From positions 78,616,001 through 78,680,000 of the forward strand of contig NW_026262712.1 of assembly GCF_021869535.1 (NCBI RefSeq): a stretch of 64,000 nucleotides of DNA, given 5' to 3'. Made by a program: the position numbers and the translations under genes. Position 1 is the first letter of the stretch. Each line of letters starts with the position of its first letter. Below are positions 25,384-38,200 of this stretch, one piece after another. The notes beneath the pieces were generated by a model. It saw only the letters and a list, made by a program, of their open reading frames with translations. It was not told the origin of the DNA and did no database searches. The stretch is from Mytilus californianus. Taxonomy: Eukaryota.

Positions 25384-26517
25384 TTACGTCTGTTTACAAT
25401 GGAATATCTTAAAAAGTAGAAATTTGCAGGTTTTTCTAAATCTAAAGTCCATAAATCCATAAATGATCGGATTAACGACATTATTAATGATGAACGACCG
25501 TGCAATAATGGGTAATGCGGCTGACACAACAGGACCTGGTGGCAAAAGAAATCCCCCTTTAATTGCTGTTAATAAGCTTATAGTCAAATGTGGAATATAA
25601 CTAAGAATAAAAACCACACTTATAACAAAGACTACTTTGGTTAATTTCTGCACGGAACGATTCTGAAGTTTATTGACTCTTTCGCTCACTGCATGTTCTA
25701 TTGTGTTTGTTGATCTTATCCCGTCAGCATGACCAATGTCGATCGTAACTATACCCGAAGAAGGCCTGTCATAATTTGTATTAGTATTTCTTGAATGTAT
25801 TTCAAATTGATTCCTGAACCTTGACTGAATAAATATCCTTCTGCCAATGATTGAATATATCACTATCAAAAAACATATACAAACGATCGAGAAAAGGAGT
25901 AGTATGCCTTCAGAGACAATAGGAAATAGTGTTGTAGCATAATCATCTGATAATGAACAGTCGTGTCCAGTTATATTATTACTAAGTTTGACCAAACGTA
26001 TTCCACCTTGCAGCAAATTAGGCCAAGCAAACAAAAGTGTTAGTACAAAAACTGTGACAATGTATATCCTACATGATTTGACGGTCATCTGTTTCTTCAT
26101 TGGTTTACAAATTCGTCTGTATTTTTCATACGAAGATCCTATCAAAATTATCATTGACACAAGACTAAACCAATAGGAAAGACTTCTGAATATTTTACAG
26201 GCTACCACATTATAGAACGTATACTGAAATCTCATTTCTATAATTTCGAACGGTATAGTAACCAAACACACCAATAAATCAGAAATTGCAAGTCCAACGA
26301 TGAATGTTCTATGTGTATTTCTTGGAAATGTAAGCGGATAAACGATCAATACTATAGTATTACCAACTATTCCGATTATAAATAAAATTACTAGATATAT
26401 TTGTGGAGCCAGTCTTCGTAATGATTCTTCTTTGTTATAATCACTTAAAGTTTTAATGTTTGATTCATTTCTGAACAACGCAGCTTCTTGTAGCATGAAC
26501 CATCCCATCGAACCCAT
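25384..26517 (-). CDS. Intronless class A GPCR, paralog of GPCR1 (GPCR2)
   Basis: 377 aa with seven TM segments. Motifs GN, LAISD, EKY at the DRY position, SYIP, NPIIY. Long colinear similarity to GPCR1 (e.g. THRTFIxGLAIxDxLVCLVxxPFEIxEMR). Confidence 0.93.
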   Translation of the reverse strand: MGSMGWFMLQEAALFRNESNIKTLSDYNKEESLRRLAPQIYLVILFIIGIVGNTIVLIVYPLTFPRNTHRTFIVGLAISDLLVCLVTIPFEIIEMRFQYTFYNVVACKIFRSLSYWFSLVSMIILIGSSYEKYRRICKPMKKQMTVKSCRIYIVTVFVLTLLFAWPNLLQGGIRLVKLSNNITGHDCSLSDDYATTLFPIVSEGILLLFSIVCICFLIVIYSIIGRRIFIQSRFRNQFEIHSRNTNTNYDRPSSGIVTIDIGHADGIRSTNTIEHAVSERVNKLQNRSVQKLTKVVFVISVVFILSYIPHLTISLLTAIKGGFLLPPGPVVSAALPIIARSFIINNVVNPIIYGFMDFRFRKTCKFLLFKIFHCKQT

Positions 26518-26560
26518 TTTACACTGCTTGACTGTGTAAATTCCACAGTTGTAATTCTAC

Positions 26561-26568
26561 CTTATATA
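26561..26568 (-). promoter_or_regulatory. Candidate TATA box for GPCR2
   Basis: TATATAAG (TATAWAWR) on the minus strand, 44-51 bp upstream of the GPCR2 ATG. Confidence 0.3.
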
Positions 26569-28324
26569 GTGCACGATTCTTGAGTGTTGAAGTAAAACAA
26601 TGCATTAAAAACAAAGTGGAAAACTACTAAAGCCCACGTGTATCCATTTATATTACTGATAAAAAATGTGATTGTTCTGTCACTAAAAGCATTGTCAACA
26701 ACATTTAAATTATACATCTGAAACAGTATCCTTTTAATCTACAATTATGGTAAAGTTTTCATTTAGTTTAACAATTTAACCCTCCTGTGTGATTTTTGGA
26801 AAATGACGCTATCAGCGGCATGTTTCCGATACCATTGACCAGAACTAACGGAAGTTGATTATGCCTCCGCCTACCGCACTCGGTTTCATATTTACTATTT
26901 TACATACTATTACTAACTGGAATCTGCTTGTATTACGCTACACTCGAACAAAGTGTTGTAGTCGGACGGGAACCAGTTTACATACGTTATTTTATTTACC
27001 AAAAAGATATCTTGACCTGTCCATATGTTTTTTGTTATTAAATGGTATTTGGAGCTATCCCTTTGTTATATTTTTCATATTTATTCGAGCTTTCACTTTT
27101 ATGCACATGTCTTACAATCGTAAACAATCGGTATGTATACATGATAAATAGATCCGTTTTATTATGGTGTTGGACTTTTTACCTTCCAATGATCAGCAAT
27201 CGCTAGACAAAATAGTTCTCCTAAATAATGTCAGCCTTTCATGCCATTTCAACTTTACAATCATTAAAAAAGTAATAATCGGAATCATTTTGATATCCAT
27301 TGGATAGAAACTGGTCTTTTTCCCGATTTACGAAGATTTTAATAATCGGAAATTAGTAATACGGTTATACCCACGCGGTGCGTATGAATCTTTGTTTACA
27401 AAGTAATAGCAGCAGAGTCTGCAACTGTATCATTATTAATTAACTACACTGTTATTGTACTTAATATGATGAAAACTGCATATGCAATATAAGATGTCAA
27501 CTCGGCCAATACAGATTTTTTTTCCGTATTGGCCGAGTTCTGATCCGGCCAAAACAGTTTTTATTTACTTACCATGAACAAGCTAACGTTCAGTATGGCA
27601 TATATTTTAGGTTAAAGACGGTCCCATTCATTTGAAAAGCATTTTGAAAGTAGACGATGGAATTATTTCAGGTTTGGGAAACGAGTAAATTATCACAAAG
27701 TTCATTTCTTGACGACCTTATAATTTCATCATGTCGATGGTACAAATCGATTTTTACTGTTTACTTTCGCTTCTCATGTTTTGTAAACGGTCTTTTATTT
27801 TTAAACCCGAACCAGGCATATGCATTCTGTAATTGCGCAAATCTTCGTTCTTTGGTCAATTGGCTTATGGATAGTTGTATCAATTTCAACTCTTACATTA
27901 TTTTTTTAAAAATGTATTTGCATTACACATGCAATGGCAGTACCTTTCCAATTACTATTTATGTGTTGTGTCTAAATTAAAGTTGTAACACTTTATAGTG
28001 ACTGGAAAGGGTAGAAAAATTCATCAGATGAGAACAGGCTGAAGATACATGGAAACGGCACCAAATCATTAGATATTGCATCTTATAAAAAGAAACTGAG
28101 ATTTGGATAGTTCCACTTCAAGGTAAAAATGTTTATCTCTTGTGAAATGAAATAAAAAAGTATTGTAACACTGTAGTTAATTAATAAAGATACTATTACA
28201 TGTATTTCTGTATTGGACTTATTGTTGGTCCTCGTCCAGCAGTACACCAAGACATGGACCAATAACAAGGACAATACAGAAATACTTACGCAATAATATT
28301 ATAGAATGACAGTATGGTTCAATA

Positions 28325-28575
28325 GCGGGAATCAGCCCCTCAACTACTTTTTACATAAATATTAACTTCTGGCTTCAACTCCTTGTTCGTCTTGTCTGGA
28401 GATCTTGTTGTAGTTCCAGTTAGACAAGCATTTTAGAGACGTATCCCGTCCATCCTCTCTTGACTTGTAATTTCTGGTGATAGATTTTGCCGCCTGATGT
28501 TGTATCCTTTCAAGCTTGTTATTTTTTTGTTACCGTGTAGGGGTCCCATACTATGGCTCCATATTAAATTGTAAG
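28325..28575 (-). mobile_element. Decayed CR1/L2-type LINE RT C-terminal remnant
   Basis: Frameshifted minus-strand translation gives YGAIVWDPYT..NKLERIQHQAAKSITRNYKSREDG...KLIFM.KVVEGLIP, the typical CR1/L2 post-RT region. Confidence 0.65.
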
Positions 28576-29216
28576 ATCCATTCCTAAAGGTCTAGATCAT
28601 TGTTCTAATCGGACACAAATTTCAATAACTGGAATGCTACCCAAGTTGAATATATGGTGACCTACTAGAACAGGATTATCACTATTGAAATTGTGTTTAA
28701 TACCATGATTGTTCAATGTCATTAACTTAAATGGAGACAGACATTTGACCTGAAAGGTGGTGTGGGAGTGCAAAATCAAAAACTAACTGACTATGATATA
28801 TGGTTAAAGAATGAATATCAATTACATGGGTCAACATGGTCAAGGGCAGAGTTGTTATGAAATAACAATATGGCAGAGAAGTGGTTTCAAGTTTCATATA
28901 AAGCGACCTGACTGACATGAAATAAAAAATCAAAGGAGTATCCCTATTTGTCTAATCTTCAAGGTGAAATAAAACTAGTAAAACAATATTATACTATTGT
29001 CTAAATCTACAGAAATATAATTTGCTTCAAGTAGCATGAGTAACAGAAATAACTAGGTCACTAGTAACTTATTTAATGAGTACATGTATGTGGGGTATAA
29101 GAGCTTGATAACAACAGGCTCTTCATAATCATTTGGTTTGAAAAGGATACTAGTAGTCTATTTTCTTGATTTAGAAAAATGTAATTGCAAGACAAAAATC
29201 ACATTACTTAGAATAC

Positions 29217-29468
29217 TTTAGATCATTCAGGTAGTCTTTATTTATATGTACAAAACAACAGCCAGTAGTCATTGGATATTGTAGATCATTCAAATAGTCT
29301 TGACCTGTTTATAAGTACAAAAGAACAGCCAGTAGTCATTGGATATTGTAGATCATTCTGGTAGTCTTGACCTATTTATTTATAGAAAAAAACAGCCAGT
29401 AGTCATTGGATACTGTAGATCATTCAGGTAGTCTTGACCTATATATTTGTACTAAAAAAACAGCCAGT
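29217..29468. repeat. Minisatellite, 67-68 bp unit, about 3.8 copies
   Basis: ACAGCCAGT anchors at 29258, 29325, 29392 and 29460. Confidence 0.9.
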
Positions 29469-29879
29469 TGTCATCTTCACATAACACACACATATACGAA
29501 TATCAATTATATGCTTACGAGACATGTTGGAATGTTAAACTAATTACGGTATGTGAAAATCAAGACTTGCATAAAAAATATCACAATATTAGAGACAGTG
29601 GCGTCATTTTTCCTCAGAGCTTTCAGCTCTTTGATTTTTTCTCGCAGCAAGACATTTTAGTAAACATGTTAACATATATAATTCAAACTATAGTTTTGCA
29701 GTTATCTTAATTGGAAACCTTCAATACGAACCTTTTTCCTTCGATACCAGCTAAAGTTGTATTACGAAAAAAAAAATTTCACGGTATATTCTATCGATAG
29801 CCTGGTAATGCTCGCAATATTTGCTGCTGTGCATCATTCAATCAGTCTTACTAAAAAATAACCAGCTTACGTCTAATAT

Positions 29880-30390
29880 AGCCCAGTGAACTTGAGATTA
29901 AGGATACTACCGAAAGAAGAAGGTCGGCTTCATATCTAGATCTTTTCCACGATATTAACACAGATAGCTTCACTCGAGAATCTAATACAAACAACATGAT
30001 TTCAACTTTCCACTTGTCAACTTCCCATTTCTCAACTGTAACATACCCTCTGCTCCATCATATGGCGTTTACATACATGTATCGCAGTTAATACGTTACT
30101 CTCGAGCATGTTCACACTATATTTTAAACGGGATGTGCTCCTTACACAAACACTGCTTGAACAGATTTTTGAGAAAGAACGACTGTAATCACCAATACAT
30201 ACGTTTTATGGTCACCATCACGAATTGGATGACTGATACGATGTGTCAATGTCGCAATCCACTAGACACGTTTTCGTGGTCTTAGATATTTGGATACAAT
30301 TTAAATATAGTCGTCTGATCTGAATTTTACTGTGTGTGTCCTATTACAGATTGTGAGATTTTGACTGAGTGTGAATTCGCGTGGTGGATG
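29880..30390 (+). mobile_element. Decayed Penelope-like RT fragment
   Basis: Frameshifted ELEIKDTTE.RRSASYLDL...DFNFPLVNFPFLN.NIPSAPSYGVY..QLIRYSRACS. Confidence 0.65.
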
Positions 30391-30524
30391 ATGCATGCCA
30401 TATAATTTACCTCAATTTAGGATTGACTCTTGAATTTCAAAAAGTCGATATAGGTTGAACGGATCATAAAAAATCGAATGAAAATATAATACAAGCCCAA
30501 ACGAAAAAATATAAACAAGTTTAA

Positions 30525-30712
30525 ATTGAAAACAACGTTCAGACCTATGATTGCGTTGGATAAAAACCGCAATTTTTATACGTGTGCATGCAAAACAAAT
30601 GTCTTGGTAGAGGGGTCTAAATACAGCACGAACAACATTTATCAAAAGACCAAAAAATGTGAAAAAGTATATTTTAACAAAACTCATTTGACTGCCATTG
30701 GCGATTGCCAAA
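30525..30712 (-). repeat. Dispersed repeat, inverted copy of 9860-10040
   Basis: Reverse-complement match to 9860-10040. Confidence 0.75.
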
Positions 30713-31174
30713 TAAACGGATCACAAGATGTAACGAAATAGATCTTATTATTAATTTATTACCAAACAGAAAACAATAAACATGCGGAAAAGATGGTATA
30801 CTGCAAACATGAAGTGCAAAAATTTGTACACCGTATTTAATTGTCTCTTTAGTGATGTTAGGGATCGAAACGGTATTTGGAAGGCCATATAATTTACCTC
30901 AATTCCGCACTTCTGGAGCCACTACATCAGGAACACCCAAAGCCAAAACCATAAAGCTGGATGCTCAAATGCCGAGTCACGAAAATTGTCCGGGAGGATA
31001 AAAAGACAATGTTTTACTTGGTTTTCAGTTCTCATATTACATAATGAATCGATTCTTATGTGCACGTTAATGAATGAGTATCATTTTATTATGTATTATT
31101 ATACTATTGTGCATCATTATTAGAAGATGCTTCGGTTGATTCACTCTTAATATAAATTACACTTTATGTATGAT

Positions 31175-31285
31175 TGCAATGAGACAACTCTCTACAAGAG
31201 ACCAAATGACATAGAAATTAACAATTATAGGTTACCGTACGGCCATCAACAATGAGCAAACCCCATACCGCATAGTCAGCTATGC
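31175..31285 (-). repeat. Penelope-like 3' end
   Basis: Reverse complement of the 8440-8597 motif. Confidence 0.65.
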
Positions 31286-31426
31286 TATAAGTTTCCTAGA
31301 TTTTGATTAGTTGATAGCCAGTGTATTTTTCATGTATTTTCATTTATAAGATAAATACTGTTCATATATCAATATCGCCGGAGTGTGCACAAGGATACAT
31401 ATATGATCTTTTTATCGTTGTATTTT

Positions 31427-32223
31427 TAACCGGGAGACTGGTTACTGGGATAACGATTATAACGAGCTGCAACCCACGACCGGTTGCAGATATTGGCGAT
31501 TCCAACGATAGAAAATGACTAGTCACTTTCCTGAGAATACTCGCTTTAACTCCACTAGTAGAATTAGACACAAGTCCTATGCAGTTGTTAAAAATTTATT
31601 GATTAAGGATGGAATACATGTACTTTTACAAATGAGCGGATGTTGTCAGTACGAATGCCCGACTCTCACTGAAGTTATAACTTCAGAAAACATATTTAAA
31701 TCAAGAATTTACAAGATTACAGTTTCATAATAGAAACGAGATTACCGAATGACAATGAAATAATACAATTAGCACTTAAATGATTAAGAAACGATTATAA
31801 CAAAAATCTGTCGCTTGAGTTTTAGGCTAAATATGCGCTAATTGAAATGACTAAAGGATTAATTATTCTTTACATAAGAAAACTTAAGAACTATGTAAAG
31901 CTGTGACTTTATCTAATATTTACAAAAAGAATTATCTAGAAAGAAATTTCCGACTTTGTGAAAATATACTGAAACTTAATTGTTACTTATAACACAAAAA
32001 GCTTTATAAAGAAAAATCGTTACATGTTAATAAAATTACTTTGACGGACAAATATTGCAAATAAAATGATTTCGATAAAATAATAATTAGTTTAACAATA
32101 TAATGACAATTTATGACCGAGAAGTTTGTCAGTGAAAGTCCAAAAATATCAGATTTAAGAAAAATAATCTTTTTAAATAGTTCCAAATGAAGATCACAAT
32201 TTACCCAAATTATCGCTATCACA
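31427..32223 (+). repeat. Duplicated segment, copy B
   Basis: Direct colinear match to 3335-4131. Confidence 0.9.
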
Positions 32224-34184
32224 TATTTGCCAAAATGTATATGTCTTTTTACCCTTCACAGACAAAGACGCTTGATCGTTTATGTGCTGTTTACAGACTG
32301 TTGTTTTTTTTCCCTTCGTCTTGACGCAAAAGAAACTTTCGATTTTTAACCCAATCATTTCTGTTGATTAAAGTGTATTCAAAAATGTTTACCCTCTCTC
32401 GGCTGGTATTTTTTTTCGAATACCCCTCCTGAACATGATGTATTTGTTGAAAAATAAGGAGATGTGGTATGATTGCAAATGAGACAACTATCCACTAGAT
32501 ATCGAAATACTCCTAATAATAATAGGAGGGAACTTGTACGTGGAGCCCATGTCAAATATTTTTCTGAATGGGGTGCAAATATGGAATTTGACACTCAAAT
32601 GGTATCAAATAAATCAATGTGTCAAGTGTGTTTTTTTGTAAAAAGGTAAAATAACAAACAAAAAAACAGAATTCCAAGGAAAATTCAAAACTGAAAGTCC
32701 CTTAACAAATGGCAAAATCAAAAGCTCAAACACATCAAACAAATGTAAAACAACTGTCGTATTCCTGACTTGGTAAGGCATTTCCTTATGTAGAAAAAAA
32801 ACATATATATATATGATATTATTAACAAAATGTTCCTTTAAAAATTACTTGTCTATAGACCCTTGCCTATAATTTGTAATTGGGTTCAAATAGAATAAAT
32901 TTAGATTTGGGGGCTCCAAGATGGAATATGACGTCTGAATTTCAAAACAGCTGTCTGTTTTTCCCTCCTTTACTGGCACATAAAAACCGACCGAGTAATG
33001 CTGTGTACTAGAACCACTGCTTTTTCTTTTAAGGTAGTTTTCGGCATTTTTTCCCGTCTCTATTTAAAAGGGGACATACATATTATATTAAAACTGACAG
33101 AAATTCAATATAGTGCACCATATTTTAAATAGAACTTACTAAGATTAGAAATTTATTTGTGTTAGCCTGACATGAAGCCTTTTACTTAAACTTCTCTTAA
33201 AGAAAAGAAAGAAAAGAACGGTATTATCATTTTGATATTTCGTTATATTTTTCTTACAATCTTCTATAACGATTACCGGTAGATTAAAGGGATTCACTAA
33301 TATGAAACATAGTCTCGCACATGTGTGAAAAAGGCACCATCAACCAACTGTGGACGTAGGCTGTATTAATATTTGAAAATATTGCTGAAAGAATTTTCAT
33401 ATACATACTATTCAATAATTCATTGACAATGTTACCATATCTTTATTTTCTCAATAAACCATATACATAGGTATAGAGAAGACATTTATGTACAATATTT
33501 ACAATAAGACAGAACAAACAAAACAATTGCTAAGACAATATATTTAGAATATAGCAAAGTACTCTCGACCAATGAAATTGTAGAATTGGATGCCTCTTAA
33601 TTGTGAAGAATGAATGTAAATCATGTTCTTAGTAAGGGATTATCCTATTATTTGGGTCTATTTTCAGTTCAAAACAAAGAGTTTCTATAAATGAGTTACA
33701 ACTGCCCCGAAGCACATTTATCAGATTGAATGGATTTATCACACAGTGATTGAAACTGACTAAAAGTTGAATTGTGAAACAAACAAAAATCTCAAAACAA
33801 TTTGAAGAGAGAGAGTAACGTCCCCTTATGGAAGGTGTCTTGAAAATTCGGCTCCGTCAAAAATGAGGAAATAGGACAATTTACGATGTTTTTTCATTTG
33901 GATTTTGCGATAATGTGCGACTTTCCGACTTTCATCATACTGTGAGTTTTGAGTTTTGAAATATAACTTTTTCCAAAAAGATAGACTTGATAACTATATA
34001 ATTCTCTTTGTTTACCGTCTAAATAGTAATCACATTACACAACCAAAATCTACTCACAAATTATGTAAGACTCGATAAATGTAATGTACAAAGGAGTTAC
34101 GCCAAAAGGTATGAAATTTAACCTTTGAACTTTATAAATATTCATGAACACTGTAAATAAAGAGGCATCCAAGGGGAGAACAAA

Positions 34185-35189
34185 ATGTCTTTTGCCGAAA
34201 CAACAAAAATTCTTGCTGAAAGCCGTAAGGTCATAGAGGATGGCCAAGAAAATAATACGGCAACTCTCTTAACATTAATCTTAAGTGTAGTAACATCTGT
34301 TGAAAAAAGTATAAAAAAGATTGAATCTGGCATGGAAAGTATAGAGAAAATAAAAACAACTGTCACACTGCTATCTGCTGATCTGCGTACACTTACGAAA
34401 AATTTGAAAGACTTAGAGGAAAAAAGTAATACTCTGGAAACTAGCGTACAAGCTATGAGTGATATGTATGATCAATGTAAAACAGAATATAAAACTTCGT
34501 CTGACCAAATAAGCGCTCTCAGCAAAAAAGTTGACTATCTTGAAAAAAAGTTGGAACAAAGCCAAAAAAATATCTGCCAGTCGTCTACAAAACAAGTACA
34601 AGACGATGAAATAAATGAACTTAAAGATAAAATATTAGACCTTCAGTGTCGTAGTATGAAGAATAACCTCATTTTCACAGGCCTGTGTCATACAAAATTT
34701 GAAAATTGTGAAAACAAACTCAGAGGATTCTTACGTCAAGAATTAGAAATAAATCACTTCATTGAGTTTGGAAACGTTCATCGCTTTGGTAAGCCTGGTC
34801 TTAATGGTGCTCGCCCGATCGTCGCTCGATTTATTTACCACAGCGACCTATTATTTGTGCTAAATAACGCCTTCAAGCTGAAAGGTGCCCCATTTGGCAT
34901 AAGTGAACAGTTCCCTGCAGAAATTGTTAAACGAAGGAAAAAACTATTCCCAATAATGAAAGAAGCTAAACAACAACAAAGGGATGTAGTTCTAGTCCGA
35001 GACCGCTTGTATATTGACGGACAACTGCACCATCTACAGGAAGATGACAACTTTGACAGACATATGGAAAGTGACAGTGCTGTAAATGAAGCCCCTCCAT
35101 CACCATTGCGGTCACCGCCGAACAATAGAATAACACCAGATAAAAGACCAACTAAAAGGCGTCGACAAAATGGTACAACACCGAGTTAG
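34185..35189 (+). CDS. LINE ORF1 protein (coiled coil plus L1-ORF1/Tnp_22-like RRM and C-terminal domain)
   Basis: 334 aa. N-terminal heptad-rich region, LQCRSMKNNLIFTGL, HRFGKP...RPIVARF, ISEQFP.EI..RRKKL, basic tail. Lies immediately upstream of ORF2. Confidence 0.85.
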   Translation: MSFAETTKILAESRKVIEDGQENNTATLLTLILSVVTSVEKSIKKIESGMESIEKIKTTVTLLSADLRTLTKNLKDLEEKSNTLETSVQAMSDMYDQCKTEYKTSSDQISALSKKVDYLEKKLEQSQKNICQSSTKQVQDDEINELKDKILDLQCRSMKNNLIFTGLCHTKFENCENKLRGFLRQELEINHFIEFGNVHRFGKPGLNGARPIVARFIYHSDLLFVLNNAFKLKGAPFGISEQFPAEIVKRRKKLFPIMKEAKQQQRDVVLVRDRLYIDGQLHHLQEDDNFDRHMESDSAVNEAPPSPLRSPPNNRITPDKRPTKRRRQNGTTPS

Positions 35190-35273
35190 GGATGTCAGGG
35201 AGAACCCACAAGCACAAGTCTTATTGTAGATAATTCAAACTGTTTTCATTATTATGACATTAATAAACCTGTT

Positions 35274-38200
35274 TTGAATGTTAACAAAACAAAATTAAAA
35301 AGTAAAATTGATGAGGTTGCTCAAACCGAAAACATTGATAATCAAAATGTTATTGATAAAAATGTAAATATGACAACAGACAGTTTTCATGATACAAATG
35401 CTTCTTTTGATACAGAAAATTTAGATATGTCAAATAGTGGTTTTAAAAGTACATATCCTGATATGCTAAATATTTTATCTCTTAATTGTTGTGGAATTAT
35501 AAAAAAACTACAATATCCTGAATTTGAAACTTTGTTAAGAAACCATGACATTATATGCTTAGTTGAAACAAAACTTGATGATAGAGATGAAATAAAACTA
35601 CCAGGTTATATATTAAAATTTAAAAACAGAAAACAAATTGCAAAAGTGAAATCTGGTGGAATTCTACTTGGTTACAAACAGAAATATGAACACTTCATTG
35701 AAGTTATTGATACAGGTAGCAAGTTTGTTTTTTGGTTCAAGATAAGTTCTAAATTGATGAACACTGATACAGATGCAGTGTTTGGAATTGTGTATATTCC
35801 ACCTGAGTACACGTCTTATGCATCTTGGGATGCTTTTAGTCAGATTGAAAATGAGTTTCTGGACTTGTCATCACGGTATAAATTTGTCAGTTTGGTTGGC
35901 GATTTTAATGGTCGAACAGCATCAGAGAAAGATTTTCTTATTTTTGATTCTCATGATCCTTCAAATAATTTCTCTGATTTAATAGAAAATAGTGTGTCCA
36001 TTTTGGACTTTTTAGATATTCCGAGGGAAAGAAAAAATAGAGATATTGGAAAAAATAGGTATGGTTCTTTATTATTGGACTTTTGCAAGGGGAATAACTG
36101 TTTTATACTTAATGGGAGGATAAATGGTGACAAGGAAGGAAACTTGACTTGCAGGAATGCAAGTGTTGTAGATTATTGCATTAGTAATGTGAATTTTATA
36201 AATAGATTTTGTACTTTGGAAGTAGTAGATTTTTCAAAATTATTTTCTGATGTACATTGCCCATTATCTATTAGTGTGTATGCAACAAATGTAGACGAAT
36301 GTGAGGTACCTGATTATATAGAAGAAAGTGTAGAAAGGATAAGAAAGTGGGACAGTGATAAATTGATAGAATTTCAACAAAATATAAACCAAGGTAAAAT
36401 AAAAGATCTTTTGTATAATTTGAAAGAACCAAGGGTAGATGTAAATGTTAATATACATGTTGAGAAACTATGTGAAATTCTTATAGAAAGTGCAAAAGCT
36501 ACATTTGGCATTTCTCATAGTAAAAACGGGAAAACACGTCAGAAATCGTTTATGAATAAACCCTGGTTTAATCGAGAATGTACATTTGCGAGACAAAATT
36601 ATCGTAAATTTAGACGAAAATTTAAAAAAAATCGAACTACAGTCAATAGATCCAATTTGGCTGGATCAGAAAACATATACAAGAAAACTCTCGACAAAAA
36701 TCATAGATTATACCGGCAAAATCTTTCAAAAAAATTAAAAGAATTGAGAACCAAAAATTCTAGAGACTATTGGAAAGTACTTAACCAGGGAAAGCGTAAA
36801 AAACAACCGGATATCCCAATAGAGAAATTATTTGATTTCTTTATGGATCTAAATGCTTCTCCGACGGATGATAATGGAGTTGATTTACCACCTCTCGATG
36901 AAGACCAGGTTAATCATCTTAATTATGATTTGAATTTGTATATAGAAAAAGGAGAAATTTTGAAATGTATAAAAAATTTGAAAAATGATAAGTCTGGTGG
37001 TGAAGATGCTGTTATAAATGAATACATAAAAGCAACTTCAAACCAGCTTATCGATATTTATGAAAAATTATTCAATTTGATATTTGATACCGGATTTGTA
37101 CCAGAGAGTTGGCTAGTTGGTAATATTATACCAATATTCAAGAATAAAGGAGATCGAAATAATCCTAAAAATTTTCGGCCAATTACCATTGTCAGTTGTT
37201 TGGGTAAACTGTTTACGGCTGTTTTAACCGCGCGTTTGAACAAATATTCTGACGATTTCCTGATTTTACATGAAACACAATGTGGCTTTAGGCAAGGTTA
37301 TAGCACTATGGATAATTTATTTATATTACATTCTCTGTTTGAACTTCTGAAGAAAAGAAAGAAAAAACTTTATTGTGCATTTATAGACTTTGAAAAGGCT
37401 TTTGACAAAATTTGGAGGGATGGGCTTTGGCATAAACTACTGTTAAACAATGTAAATGGGAAAATGTTAAATGTGATTCAAAATATGTACAAAAATATTA
37501 AATCAAATATTATTTTTAATAACAGCAAGTCTGATTATTTTCCGTGTAATAATGGGGTAAGGCAAGGGGAAAATATGTCCCCTTTTTTGTTTGCAGTTTT
37601 TTTAAATGACTTGGAAATTTTTTTACAAACAAAAAACTGTAAGGGCCTTTTCACAGTTACAGAAGAAATAGAACATGAACTTGATGTATTTCTCAATATC
37701 ATTTTATTATTATATGCAGATGATACTGTTTTGATGGCTGAAACACCACAAGATCTTCAAATACAGTTAGATTTTTTTAATGAATACTGTAACTACTGGA
37801 AATTAAAAGTAAATGTATTCAAAACCAAAATATTATGTTTTTCATATGGAAGATTACCAGACAATTTACACTTTGTTTTAGATGATCAAGAAATAGAAAT
37901 CGTTCAAGAGTTTAGTTATTTGGGTATTTTATTGACAAAAACGGGAAATCATAAAAAGGCAATTAAATCACAAGTTGAAAAAGGGACAAAAGCGATGTAT
38001 GAGATACTAAAAAGGGGGAAATTTCATAGCCTATCAGTTTCTTGTCAGTTAGATCTTTTTGATAGAGTAGTCAAACCTGTTCTGTTATATGGATCAGAAA
38101 TATGGGGATTCAGTAACTGTGATATTATCGAAAAGGTTCATCTAAAATTTTGTAAGTTGCTCCTAAATCTGAAATCTTCCACTCCCAACTGTATGATATA

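Noticed and set aside
27498-27540. 14-bp perfect hairpin AACTCGGCCAATAC...GTATTGGCCGAGTT
   Set aside because: It is isolated and I could not define element ends or a second copy. It is probably a transposon remnant.
29217-29468. Regularly spaced repeats that could be mistaken for a CRISPR array (also 17297-17380)
   Set aside because: The context is eukaryotic, whole units are repeated with no unique spacers, and there are no cas genes.
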